DNA from: Minisyncoccia bacterium
Lineage (GTDB): Bacteria; Patescibacteriota; Minisyncoccia; Phycocordibacterales; UBA9973
Length of the DNA stretch: 64,000 bases
Reading direction: 5' to 3'
Assembly: GCA_049303835.1 (NCBI GenBank)
Contig: JBAQNN010000002.1
Coordinates: 9,248 to 73,247, forward strand
Both the position numbers and the translations under genes were made by a program. The notes below the pieces were generated by a model that was not told the DNA's origin, did no database searches, and saw only the letters and a list, made by a program, of their open reading frames with translations. Below, piece by piece: positions 1-11,880 of the stretch; position 1 is the stretch's first letter, and every line of letters begins with the position of its first letter.

Positions 1-338
1 ACCAAAACTACATCCCCTTTTACAAAACCAAAAGAATTCGCCAGTAAATTTATACCCTCTGTCGTGTTGCGAGTGAAGATTATTTCCTTTTCAGTTTTTG
101 CGTTTATAAATCTAGCGACAAGCTCTCTAGCCTCTTTTATTTTTTGGGTAGCTTTGTCCCCTAATTTGTGGGCGCTCCTACCAGCGCAAGCAGGAAAATT
201 AAAATAATAATCGTTCATCGCTTCCACGACACTATCCGGTTTTAGACTCATACAAGCACTGTCTAAATACACGGGAATCTTTCCTTCCGGCTGATTAAGT
301 ATCTTAAAGTCATTTTTTATTTTGTTTATATCCAACAT
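1..338 (-). CDS. Cysteine desulfurase (SufS/NifS-like, class V aminotransferase), N-terminal fragment running off the window start
   Basis: Reverse-strand translation from the ATG at 336-338 reads MLDINKIKNDFKILNQPEGKIPVYLDSACMSLKPDSVVEAMNDYYFNFPACAGRSAHKLGDKATQKIKEARELVARFINAKTEKEIIFTRNTTEGINLL, a typical SufS N-terminus. The ORF is open to position 1. Confidence 0.55.
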   Translation of the reverse strand, partial: MLDINKIKNDFKILNQPEGKIPVYLDSACMSLKPDSVVEAMNDYYFNFPACAGRSAHKLGDKATQKIKEARELVARFINAKTEKEIIFTRNTTEGINLLANSFGFVKGDVVL

Positions 339-350
339 AACTTGTTATTG

Positions 351-2612
351 CTATAATTCCGCGTTCATCATTGCTTTCGTCTTCGGGCCGACAAGTCCAT
401 CAGAAACTAGGCCCTTGGCACTTTGCCATTGCTTCACGGCATCCACTGTGTTCGGACCCATTTTACCATCCACTACCAGACTGAGACTTAGTTCGCTGTT
501 CAAAAATCTTTGGAGTTCTTTGACTGCTTCACCAGCACTACCCTCTCTCAAGGTAACAACTCCTAAATTGTAACCATTTTTATTCTCCTCACTTGTGCTA
601 TTTACAGTACTACTATAATTTGCACATTTTATCCCCGTAGAAGTAGAATAGGCGTTCCATCCGAGACACCCAGTCTGCACGACAGTAGTATCAAAATTAA
701 ACGTCGTCGTAGTGGTGACACCACCAGAGCTACTTACACACAACGATCCCGCAGAAGTCTGATATACCGTTCCTCCGGGGCAACCGGCTACTTCTGGTTG
801 GTCTGGAGTTTTGGGATAATAAGGAACTCCACTACCGGGTGATGGAGTCGTTGCACTTCCAGAACTTGGATCAAATTCTAGTTTATATACTTTTGCGTCC
901 TTGGAATAAACATAGGTTGTATTGCCAATAGAGAAAGAAGCAATTGAATATCCCGCGGTGTTTGCTAAAATCGGAGAATTATACAAAGTATCCGCTCCCT
1001 TTCCTTGTATCAAATCTGACACTAAATATACCTGCATCTTCAGTTGTTCGCTACTGGATCTGCTAATAACCACGATCCCCGGGTTGGCTGTATTTGCGCC
1101 AAAGGCTGTATTTGCCACGATAAGCCCAGGAGACAATGAAACTTCTTTTACTACTTCTGTTATTTTTTTGGTTGAAAAATCAAATTTATACAGAGTTAAT
1201 TTTTGAGCACCATAGAGCTTTGGATCCACGGCCGAGCCATGAGCTAAGGATCTCAAGAAATATATGTACTCTCCTCCAGAAACAGGAATCGTCCCCCATC
1301 TTTCAAGGCTGTAGGAACTAAACCCCCCCGGTAGTGATCCCCCCAAGTATGAAGGCAAATTATGTTCTGCAATAATATTTAAACTGTTTACAGAATGCAC
1401 CGATATTTCTCTAGTCCTCCCAGCCTGAGACGAAGTGTTGAGTGTTAAAATAAATTCATCATTTCCGAGAACAACTTTCTCGCCATACGGCAATTTAGGA
1501 AAACCAGAAGGAGCAGAAACCAACTCATGAACCTCTTTTTCTGTACCTTCCAAAGATACATACGACTCAACAAATTTCATTCCATTTGTGATATCATACG
1601 CATCTTCTCGCATGTCAAAAAGGATATAACTATATCCGGCTTTTACAATACCCTGAATAGGACCCCCATTAAGTAGAGATTGTTTGTATCGTTTTCCATC
1701 TTTCCAAACATAATAATTCCCCTGGCTGTCACTGATTGCCCAGATTTTTCTATCTTTACTATAAGCAACACCCACTACCCGAAGCGACGAACCAAAGTCT
1801 CCGTGTGTATCATAAGCGCCTCCCGAACGTATCTCACCACTCAATCGGGAATCTACTGGAAGTAAAGGATTGGTCAAATCAAACAACCTCGGATGAGCGG
1901 TATTTGAGCCCCCGGGGAGTTCTATCATCTCTCCTCCAACTAGAGAAGCCTCACCGCCCGACAACATGACAGATAACGGAGCCATACCGGAAGATCCAGC
2001 ACCAAATCCTCCTCTACAATTTTTTAAACCCTGTCTGCATACTGAACTCGGGAACATGGACCCAAAAAGATCCTTAAAGTCTGTTAATTTTACTTTACCG
2101 GAAACATTTGAGGTGACGGGGGTAGGTACATTTTCTCCAGGCTCCACAGGAACAACATCGCCACCACTAATATTGCTTCCAGTGATATTCAAACTCACAG
2201 TAGCTGAACCTAACACTTCAGCCGATCCACCCGAAGGACAACCGGACATCGGACAACCGGTAGAACAATAAACTTTAAAAGTTTTACTTCCTGCTTCGGC
2301 AGTGTTCTCCGCGTAAACCCTAAAATCCAACGAACTTGCCCCAATAGGAATTACTTTCCCCACATTGAGACTGGAATAAACACCTTTGGAAAATTCTTTA
2401 GCTGTGACGTACACATAGTCTCCGGAGACAGAAGGGCGATCGGAAGTGACAGTAAAAAGAAGAGAGCTACTCTGGGACATACTTGCACTCGCTGGAGATA
2501 CGGAACAAGCAGCGGGACCGACAGAAGCTGCCTCTGTGTATATTGGTGGGACTATCAGACTCGTAATAATGACTACCAATAACCCCGTTAAGATTATAAA
2601 TTTTTTATCCAT
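351..2612 (-). CDS. Large secreted Gly/Ser/Thr-rich surface protein with a C-terminal peptidoglycan-binding (PG_binding_1-like) domain
   Basis: N-terminal signal peptide MDKKFIILTGLLVVIITSLIVPPIYTEAAS. C-terminal LQRFLNSELSLSLVVDGKMGPNTVDAVKQWQSAKGLVSDGLVGPKTKAMM matches the PG-binding fold. Confidence 0.6.
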   Translation of the reverse strand: MDKKFIILTGLLVVIITSLIVPPIYTEAASVGPAACSVSPASASMSQSSSLLFTVTSDRPSVSGDYVYVTAKEFSKGVYSSLNVGKVIPIGASSLDFRVYAENTAEAGSKTFKVYCSTGCPMSGCPSGGSAEVLGSATVSLNITGSNISGGDVVPVEPGENVPTPVTSNVSGKVKLTDFKDLFGSMFPSSVCRQGLKNCRGGFGAGSSGMAPLSVMLSGGEASLVGGEMIELPGGSNTAHPRLFDLTNPLLPVDSRLSGEIRSGGAYDTHGDFGSSLRVVGVAYSKDRKIWAISDSQGNYYVWKDGKRYKQSLLNGGPIQGIVKAGYSYILFDMREDAYDITNGMKFVESYVSLEGTEKEVHELVSAPSGFPKLPYGEKVVLGNDEFILTLNTSSQAGRTREISVHSVNSLNIIAEHNLPSYLGGSLPGGFSSYSLERWGTIPVSGGEYIYFLRSLAHGSAVDPKLYGAQKLTLYKFDFSTKKITEVVKEVSLSPGLIVANTAFGANTANPGIVVISRSSSEQLKMQVYLVSDLIQGKGADTLYNSPILANTAGYSIASFSIGNTTYVYSKDAKVYKLEFDPSSGSATTPSPGSGVPYYPKTPDQPEVAGCPGGTVYQTSAGSLCVSSSGGVTTTTTFNFDTTVVQTGCLGWNAYSTSTGIKCANYSSTVNSTSEENKNGYNLGVVTLREGSAGEAVKELQRFLNSELSLSLVVDGKMGPNTVDAVKQWQSAKGLVSDGLVGPKTKAMMNAEL

Positions 2613-2665
2613 ACATTTTATATACTTACTAATAATAATTTATTCAAAATATTTAACTCGGATTA

Positions 2666-3433
2666 TTATAACACATATTTACCTATCCTGGTTCTCTTGA
2701 TGGAGAAAGCCAGAGCGGGCATTCCAACCATATTTCCAAGAGCATTTGCTATACCCCTCACATAAGTTCCACTACTGCATTTGATGTCAAATTTCGCTAT
2801 TGGAAAGACTTTCTGTCCTTTGTTTGAAACACGTAAAGTTTCTCTCCAAATTTCCAAAATTTCTTTTTGTCTAAAATCTCCTTTTACTTTTTTTATCCTT
2901 TTTTCTATGTTTTTAAATAACTTTTTATTATTTATCTCTATTATTTTATCTAATTTAAGTTTTTTAATAAATATTTTTCTCTCTGGAATTTCCACTTCTT
3001 CTCCTCTCCTCGCATATACAAACAAAGGCCTTCCTTTTACCGTTTTGGAAGAATAGATGGGATATTTTTGAATTATTTCCCCTAGAAAATTTTTTAGATT
3101 TTCTTTTATTTTTTTCTTTAAATCTCTTTTATTTAATTCTACTAATTCTCTACTAACAACCTTACCCAAAATATCAAAAGTATCTGTACTAAAACCAAAA
3201 AGAACTTGAAATTCATATTCTTTCTCTAACGTTAGATATTTTTCTTTATTTTTTGTTTCTTCACCTGCAAGTATCAGCAAAAGACCACTTGCCATCGGAT
3301 CTAGCCTACCGGCGTAAGTCATTTTTATATTTTTATATTCCGGATACTTTTTAGTTTTTTTCAGACGAAAATTTTCTAAAGCCTCAAGCGGAGTTTCCCC
3401 CTCTTTTTTGTTTAGTAAAATCACTTTCTTCAT
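2666..3433 (-). CDS. truB: tRNA pseudouridine(55) synthase TruB
   Basis: Motif AGRLDPMASGLLLILAGEETK. Start placed at MKKVILLNKKEGE (ATG at 3431-3433); the longer ORF would overlap the adjacent tRNA. Confidence 0.85.
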   Translation of the reverse strand: MKKVILLNKKEGETPLEALENFRLKKTKKYPEYKNIKMTYAGRLDPMASGLLLILAGEETKNKEKYLTLEKEYEFQVLFGFSTDTFDILGKVVSRELVELNKRDLKKKIKENLKNFLGEIIQKYPIYSSKTVKGRPLFVYARRGEEVEIPERKIFIKKLKLDKIIEINNKKLFKNIEKRIKKVKGDFRQKEILEIWRETLRVSNKGQKVFPIAKFDIKCSSGTYVRGIANALGNMVGMPALAFSIKRTRIGKYVL

Positions 3434-3521
3434 TGGCGGAGGGTAGGAGATTCGAACTCCTGGTGGATTGCTCCACACACGCTTTCCAAGCGTGCGCACT
3501 AGACCGCTATGCGAACCCTCC
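3434..3521 (-). tRNA. tRNA-Ser (anticodon GGA), type II with long variable arm
   Basis: Reverse complement folds as acceptor GGAGGGT/ACCCTCC, anticodon arm CACGC-TTGGAAA-GCGTG, variable stem-loop GTGGAGCAATCCAC, T-arm AGGAG-TTCGAAT-CTCCT, discriminator G and an encoded CCA. Confidence 0.8.
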
Positions 3522-3522
3522 G

Positions 3523-3668
3523 TAATAAATAAACAAAAAACACGCTTTCCAAGTCAGTAGTCCCTTCGGCACTAGACCGCTATGCGAACCCTCCGTAATA
3601 AATAAACAAAAAACACGCTTTCCAAGTCAGTAGTCCCTTCGGCACTAGACCGCTATGCAAACCCTTCT
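3523..3668 (-). repeat. Two tandem ~73-bp direct repeats (3523-3595 and 3596-3668, 2-3 mismatches). Each is a truncated copy of the tRNA-Ser 5' half followed by a T-run
   Basis: On the minus strand each unit reads GGAGGGTTCGCATAGCGGTCTAGTGC..CTTGGAAAGCGTG TTTTTTGTTTATTTATTA. It shares the acceptor 5' strand, D-arm and anticodon loop with the neighbouring tRNA. Confidence 0.7.
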
Positions 3669-3678
3669 TGCAACTTCC

Positions 3679-6313
<2,635 letters not shown>

Positions 6314-6314
6314 A

Positions 6315-6863
6315 TTATTCTGTCCAATTAAATAAATTTTCCGAAAAAGTCACATCATACTGACCCGAGCCTTGCGTCCATGAAACAGTAGAAAATATTT
6401 TAATATTATCGGCTGATACTGTCTCCATGTAAACAGTGCGCACAAAACCCGAATCAACACCAATAGAATTGGTATTATAATTCCCATTTTGTTCATACAA
6501 TTTACATTGGTTACTGTGAGTTGTACATACAAATACATTCTGAGGAAATAAAGTAACATCAAAACCACATCTATTGGCTAAAGTGCATGAAGATATCTTG
6601 GTTTTAAAATTATTCCACCCACCAGGAAGAGTATATAGTGCGTTTGTATCTCTCATGTTTCTGATATATTCTATACCCTCTTGGGCAAGGTAACCGGCCA
6701 CCGTTTTCTTTTTGGCATATCCGGTGTCTGAAATTCCTTTAGATAAGACAGACAGTAAACCCAGAATTGATACAGTGAAAATAGAAATGGCTACCAGGGT
6801 CTCCACCAGGGTAAAACCTTTTTCTCCTCTACCTTTTTTATTTTTTTTAAAAAATAATTTCAT
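6315..6863 (-). CDS. Type IV minor pilin (prepilin-type N-terminal cleavage/methylation domain)
   Basis: GFTLVETLVAISIFTVSILGL class III signal peptide. Confidence 0.6.
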   Translation of the reverse strand: MKLFFKKNKKGRGEKGFTLVETLVAISIFTVSILGLLSVLSKGISDTGYAKKKTVAGYLAQEGIEYIRNMRDTNALYTLPGGWNNFKTKISSCTLANRCGFDVTLFPQNVFVCTTHSNQCKLYEQNGNYNTNSIGVDSGFVRTVYMETVSADNIKIFSTVSWTQGSGQYDVTFSENLFNWTE

Positions 6864-6901
6864 TTCTTTTTAACTTTACGAACTTTTAACTTTATAGCTA
6901 T

Positions 6902-7522
6902 TTAAATATCTATGGTTCTTTGTGACGCAGAAGTCTGAATGGAGAACGGGGTGACAACATTTTTATAAGTTATAGACCCGACAAATCTAATAATAATAAA
7001 TGGCTGTTGTCGATCAGCCGTAGTAGGCGGTTCGGCCCCATACACGACAAAGCCTGATTTTGCTACATCAACCACCACTCCATCTGGGGTTAATTGAACA
7101 AAATCCGATGCTCCATAAGGAGCACCTGCGGCCTTGAAAATTTTTCCATCATTACTAATATAATAAATCCACTGATCCTGAGTGTCGCCTGGATCTCCTC
7201 TCGGCGGTTCAAAAGCGATAGCCCATCCCCCACCTCCACAACTTTTTGGAACAGATAATCCATCAATGGAAGCCGGAGAGATAACCTCCCCACCCACCAA
7301 ACAGTGATACCTTGACCCAGTCCTTAAATTTCTGGAAATATCTTCGGTGATGAAACTAAGACTATCCAAAATAGAACGCATACTTTGTGATTTTTGGTGT
7401 AGCGCATTGGCATTTAAAAGTGCACCCATCCCCGACATGACAATAATGGTAAAAAGAGAGATTGTGATCATCGTCTCTATGATCGTGTATCCTCCTTTTT
7501 GTTTTTGTAATCTATTTGGCAT
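6902..7522 (-). CDS. Type IV minor pilin
   Basis: GYTIIETMITISLFTIIVMSG prepilin N-terminus. Confidence 0.6.
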   Translation of the reverse strand: MPNRLQKQKGGYTIIETMITISLFTIIVMSGMGALLNANALHQKSQSMRSILDSLSFITEDISRNLRTGSRYHCLVGGEVISPASIDGLSVPKSCGGGGWAIAFEPPRGDPGDTQDQWIYYISNDGKIFKAAGAPYGASDFVQLTPDGVVVDVAKSGFVVYGAEPPTTADRQQPFIIIRFVGSITYKNVVTPFSIQTSASQRTIDI

Positions 7523-7545
7523 GATAATCTTATTAAAATTTTTTC

Positions 7546-8157
7546 CTAATTTATTTGAATTCTACCGGAAGGATATACTTTAATAGCGGAAGTGGTTCCC
7601 TTTGAGAGACTCACAGTGATTCTAGCATAATCAAGCAAGGCTTGATTAATCACCCCGCCATTGTCCCTGATTAGTGCCCCTGAGTCCGGTCTGGAGAATG
7701 CCACCGTCAGATTGTTTAGAGAAACAGGCGTAGGATTTCCTTTGTAAAAAATACTGATACTGGAAATATAGTTACCTTTAGTAAGAGCAATCTTGCTTAT
7801 ACATTCTCCTGTACAGTTTGTATCATTGAAGGTACCTGAATTATTCAAATCTACAAAATAAATAAAACCTTTGTCATCCGTAGCTAAATCAAAATACACA
7901 CCATAAGAAGGATTCCAACCGGCTGGAAAAACTTTTGTTGGCAACAACCCAGACAAAGATGACTTTTGAGCTTCTACAATTTTTAAAGCAACATCACTAG
8001 CTAAATTTTTTATATCAACCTTAGCTTGAAAATCTCCGTAATTATAAATTGCGACCGAAGATAAAACGGAAAAAATAGACAAGACCACGATCAACTCCAC
8101 ATAAGACATGCCTCTATTTAGCTTACTAATCTTTAATTTTTTAAAAAAATAAATCAT
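7546..8157 (-). CDS. Type IV minor pilin
   Basis: RGMSYVELIVVLSIFSVLSS prepilin-like N-terminus. Start moved to MIYFFKK to avoid overlapping pilD. Confidence 0.5.
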   Translation of the reverse strand: MIYFFKKLKISKLNRGMSYVELIVVLSIFSVLSSVAIYNYGDFQAKVDIKNLASDVALKIVEAQKSSLSGLLPTKVFPAGWNPSYGVYFDLATDDKGFIYFVDLNNSGTFNDTNCTGECISKIALTKGNYISSISIFYKGNPTPVSLNNLTVAFSRPDSGALIRDNGGVINQALLDYARITVSLSKGTTSAIKVYPSGRIQIN

Positions 8158-8164
8158 TTTATAT

Positions 8165-8944
8165 TTAAAAAAGATGCAGTTCAAAAATAAAAGCCAAAAA
8201 TGCTCCCAGAACCAAGTATGGGGCAAATGGAATCTCGCTCTTCATCCCATAATTCTTCCGGAAAATGACTAAGAACAAACCGACAATAGCTCCGACCCAA
8301 AAGGCAACAACAGCTCCAGAAAAAACTCTGGAAAGTCCGAGTAGCCACCCCAGGCCTATTGCAAGTTTGGCGTCTCCTAGCCCCATCCAAGTTCCCTTGG
8401 ATACAAACCAAAAAAAAGCAAAAGGGAAAGCAATAAACAATCCGGATAGAAAATCCAAAACTGAAGGTGTGTGCAGGTAAAAACCAGAACTATTAAAAAT
8501 AAATAACCCGACAAAACCAAGAACACCCAAAATCAAAGAGAGCATATCTGGAATTATCTTGTGTTTGACATCATAAACGGCGATCACCAAAAGCAAAGAA
8601 AATATCGCCACATAGTACGCGTACGTAAAACTAAAATTGATTGTATTTGAGAGAAACAGATCTTGAAACTTTAAAAACAGAGAAGCGAAGATAATACCGG
8701 AGATGATTTCTACTATCGGATATTGACCGGATATTTTAGTTTTACAATTTTTACATCTTCCACCAAGGAAAAGAAAGCTAACCACGGGAATGAGCTCATA
8801 CCAGCTCAATTTATTTTGACAGGACATACAAGCGCTTCTGCCACCAAAAGATTTCTCTGTGTTGAGACGCAAAATTACAACATTTAAAAAACTCCCGATA
8901 ATTAAACCAAAAATAAAGAAAATTGTCGTAAGGGTGATAATCAT
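8165..8944 (-). CDS. pilD: Prepilin peptidase (A24 family) PilD
   Basis: CxxC..CxxC zinc motif (SACMSCQNKLSWYELIPVVSFLFLGGRCKNCKTKI), polytopic membrane protein, conserved GLGDAKL. Confidence 0.8.
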   Translation of the reverse strand: MIITLTTIFFIFGLIIGSFLNVVILRLNTEKSFGGRSACMSCQNKLSWYELIPVVSFLFLGGRCKNCKTKISGQYPIVEIISGIIFASLFLKFQDLFLSNTINFSFTYAYYVAIFSLLLVIAVYDVKHKIIPDMLSLILGVLGFVGLFIFNSSGFYLHTPSVLDFLSGLFIAFPFAFFWFVSKGTWMGLGDAKLAIGLGWLLGLSRVFSGAVVAFWVGAIVGLFLVIFRKNYGMKSEIPFAPYLVLGAFLAFIFELHLF

Positions 8945-9477
8945 AGATCAATAAGCACAATACCCAATACATTACAACCAAAAGACGCCGTAATAGCAGA
9001 AGAAGGAGGAACTGGAACTTGTTTGGAAATTCCTGTGCTGTCTACACACCAAGAAGTGTTTGCGGACTCTTTCAGCCCCACCGCGACAGCCCAAGCAGAG
9101 GCAGAATTGTAGCAAGAACTCCCACTACCTATCTTCACCGCCTCGGCGATAGCGGTTGCAATGGTCTTATCCCTAGAGAGCATGTTTGTACCAGATGCAT
9201 TGTAGGTAGGGCAAGTAGCGATGGAAAAAGTAGCACCACCTGTCGGTAAATATTTATTTCCATTATCAGTCAGAAAAATTTCAGCTTGATTAATTATCGT
9301 GTATAAATTTCTTGTTATTGCTTTATCCTCTCCTTTCTTTTTGGCATTACCAAGTAAAGCGACAGTGACTGAAGCCAAAATACCGATAATAGCCACCACC
9401 ACCAAGAGTTCAATTAATGTAAAACCTGACTTAAAATTTTTGCTTGAATTTTTGTTGAAATTTATTATTTTAAACAT
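8941..9477 (-). CDS. Type IV pilin (major pilin paralog 3)
   Basis: KSGFTLIELLVVVAIIGILASV. The C-terminus contains SWCVDSTG and Cys residues. Confidence 0.75.
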   Translation of the reverse strand: MFKIINFNKNSSKNFKSGFTLIELLVVVAIIGILASVTVALLGNAKKKGEDKAITRNLYTIINQAEIFLTDNGNKYLPTGGATFSIATCPTYNASGTNMLSRDKTIATAIAEAVKIGSGSSCYNSASAWAVAVGLKESANTSWCVDSTGISKQVPVPPSSAITASFGCNVLGIVLIDL

Positions 9478-9491
9478 ATTATTTACAATAA

Positions 9492-10004
9492 TTATCTACA
9501 AACATTAACATTTATAGAATAAGCTATTGTTTGTGCAGCAGGCCATACAAATGACTTGCTTGATCCCGCACTATCCACACACCATGAATCTGGTATTGTG
9601 TCTCCTGCTGTCCCGCCGGTCTTAAGTTGGACAGCGACGGCATAAGCCCCAGATGATGAAAAACATCTCGTGGACGCAACGCCAGCGCCAGCGTCATATG
9701 CCGCTTTTATCTGATCCCAGATAGTCGGATTGGAAAAAAGAGTATCTGCAGTATTTGCACACTGAGCAAGAGCAAAATATGTAGGAGTAGCATCTACTGC
9801 ATAATTTCCCCATGTGTCATATAAAAGCTCAGCTTGAGCACGGATGTTTGCCAAGTTTGCTTTGACTGCAGCGTCAGCGCCCTTGCCTCGTGCAGTGTTG
9901 AGTGAAGCCAAAACAACCGAAGCCAAGACTCCGATGATAGCGACCACCACCAAGAGTTCAATTAACGTAAAACCTGACTTAAAATTTTTGCTAAAATTTT
10001 TCAT
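9492..10004 (-). CDS. Type IV pilin (major pilin paralog 2)
   Basis: KSGFTLIELLVVVAIIGVLASVVLASLNTARGKGADAAVKANLANIRAQAEL. C-terminal SWCVDSAG motif with two Cys. Confidence 0.75.
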   Translation of the reverse strand: MKNFSKNFKSGFTLIELLVVVAIIGVLASVVLASLNTARGKGADAAVKANLANIRAQAELLYDTWGNYAVDATPTYFALAQCANTADTLFSNPTIWDQIKAAYDAGAGVASTRCFSSSGAYAVAVQLKTGGTAGDTIPDSWCVDSAGSSKSFVWPAAQTIAYSINVNVCR

Positions 10005-10074
10005 ATAAATAAATTACAACTTATTTAATAATCCCGGCCTTTTAATATCTTTATTATATCATATATAAAATAAC

Positions 10075-10102
10075 AAAAAACCACCTTCTTGGGTGGTTTT
10101 TT
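10075..10102 (-). terminator. Rho-independent terminator downstream of the first pilin gene
   Basis: AAAAAACCACC-TTCTTG-GGTGGTTTTTT hairpin flanked by A/T runs (bidirectional). Confidence 0.5.
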
Positions 10103-10129
10103 GGAAACTAACCTAAAGCAAGAATAATA

Positions 10130-10564
10130 TTAAGGACATACTGTAACTGCCCCAGCTGGGTTAGTTCCAAGTAGTTTTGATGCTCCTGTACTGTCTACAC
10201 ACCAGGAATCTGTTGGTTCTGTCTTTAACTCTACCCATGCAGCCCACGCAGTAGTGCTATCGGCACATCTTGTAGCTACTGTTCCAGCAGAACCAGCGGA
10301 CAACAAAGCTGCGTTGACCGCACTTATAATACTAGCATTTCCACATACTCCATCATAACCCACAACATCAGTAGGAGTCTCTACTGTATCGTACACGAGT
10401 TCTGCCTGAGCACGAGTGTTTGCCAAGTTTGCTTTGATAGCTGCGTCAGCACCCTTTGCTCGCGCAGTATTGAGCGAAGCCAAAACAACCGAAGCCAAAA
10501 TACCGATGATGGCCACTACCACCAACAATTCAATCAATGTAAAACCTTTCTTTGAATTCTTCAT
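10130..10564 (-). CDS. Type IV pilin (major pilin paralog 1)
   Basis: KKGFTLIELLVVVAIIGILASVVLASLNTARAKGADAAIKANLANTRAQAEL. C-terminal SWCVDSTG..VCP. Confidence 0.75.
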   Translation of the reverse strand: MKNSKKGFTLIELLVVVAIIGILASVVLASLNTARAKGADAAIKANLANTRAQAELVYDTVETPTDVVGYDGVCGNASIISAVNAALLSAGSAGTVATRCADSTTAWAAWVELKTEPTDSWCVDSTGASKLLGTNPAGAVTVCP

Positions 10565-10665
10565 AATAAAATTCCTAAACTAATAATAAATAACTTATAA
10601 TAAAATTTCGACTTATTTTTTAATACATACATTATAACAATATGAACAAAAAAGTTATCCACACC

Positions 10666-11874
10666 CTAACTAATACTACCGGCCATATTGTAGATAGGCA
10701 TCAACACAGAAACCAAAAGTAATCCTACTCCGAGACCCAAAACCACAATCATCACCGGCTCTATCAAACCCACTAGGGTATCTACCGCATCATCCACTTC
10801 ACGTTTATAAAAATCCGTAAGAGTTTTTAAGATAGTGCCGAGAGAACCAGTTTCTTCTCCCACCATGACCATCTGCACCATAATTCCAGGTATTTGCTCT
10901 CCATGTTTTTCAAAAGCCGCAGAAAGCGAAACACCGGACTTCACACTATCAGCTACTTCCCCCAATACTTCTTTGTACACTAGGCTACCCACTACGTCTG
11001 CCGTTATATCTATAGATCTAACGATAGGAACTCCCGAAGAAAGCATCGTATTTAAATTGTCTGTTATTCTGGACAGGTAAAGTTTTTTGTACAAATTGCC
11101 CACTGCCGGAGTAGAGAGGCGGAGAGAATCCAGATAAACTTTCCCTTTTGGGGTAGAAGACAACCTCCAAACCCAAATTCCTAAAAGAATAAAGAAAATG
11201 AGAATAAAGAAACCGTAGTTGACGAACAAATTTGAAACGGCTATCACTACCTTGGTATAAAATGGTATCTCTTGTCCGGAATCCAAGATGATAGAAGAAA
11301 GTTTTGGAATCACGATGGTAAACATCAAAGTCATAACGACAAAAAATGTAATGACAACAAAGGCCGGGTAGATAAGCGCATTTTTGGTCTTAGAAGTTAG
11401 GGAGTATTGGCGATCTAAATAATCCGCCAAATGCAAAAAGGTCTGATTCAATTTACCGGTCTCTTCTCCCACTTTGACCATGTTTATATAAAAATCAGAA
11501 AATATATCCGGATGACGAGCAAGAGATCCTGAGATAGATACCCCCGCCTGTAAATCATCACCGATCTGTACAAGCTTACGTCCTAAAAGTTTATTTTCAG
11601 TATTCACAGCTAACATAGTAAAAGCTTTTAGGGCGGACACCTGGGCTTCAAACAATGTAGCAATCTGACGAGAAAGAATAACTACATCTTTTGGTTTTAC
11701 TTTTTCAAAAAACGAAAACTCAAAAATTGATTTTTTTTCTGATTCTTCATTGATGGAGATGACGACTAGGCCTCTACGTTGTAGTCCACTGATCGCAATA
11801 TCACGATTAGGAGCATCAATCTCTCCTTCTTTGTTTGCTCCCTTGTCATCTATGGCTTTATATTTGAATAACAT
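10666..11874 (-). CDS. pilC: Type IV pilus assembly platform protein PilC (GspF family)
   Basis: Two T2SS-F domains, three TM segments, 402 aa. Confidence 0.85.
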   Translation of the reverse strand: MLFKYKAIDDKGANKEGEIDAPNRDIAISGLQRRGLVVISINEESEKKSIFEFSFFEKVKPKDVVILSRQIATLFEAQVSALKAFTMLAVNTENKLLGRKLVQIGDDLQAGVSISGSLARHPDIFSDFYINMVKVGEETGKLNQTFLHLADYLDRQYSLTSKTKNALIYPAFVVITFFVVMTLMFTIVIPKLSSIILDSGQEIPFYTKVVIAVSNLFVNYGFFILIFFILLGIWVWRLSSTPKGKVYLDSLRLSTPAVGNLYKKLYLSRITDNLNTMLSSGVPIVRSIDITADVVGSLVYKEVLGEVADSVKSGVSLSAAFEKHGEQIPGIMVQMVMVGEETGSLGTILKTLTDFYKREVDDAVDTLVGLIEPVMIVVLGLGVGLLLVSVLMPIYNMAGSIS

Positions 11875-11880
11875 AGTTTT

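Noticed and set aside
2666-3499. Longer truB ORF (277 aa) starting at 3499
   Set aside because: The extension runs through the tRNA-Ser gene (3434-3521). The conserved TruB N-terminus starts at MKKVILL.
3523-3668. Possible CRISPR array near the tRNA
   Set aside because: Only two directly abutting copies with no unique spacers, and the unit is tRNA-derived. There are no cas genes in the window.
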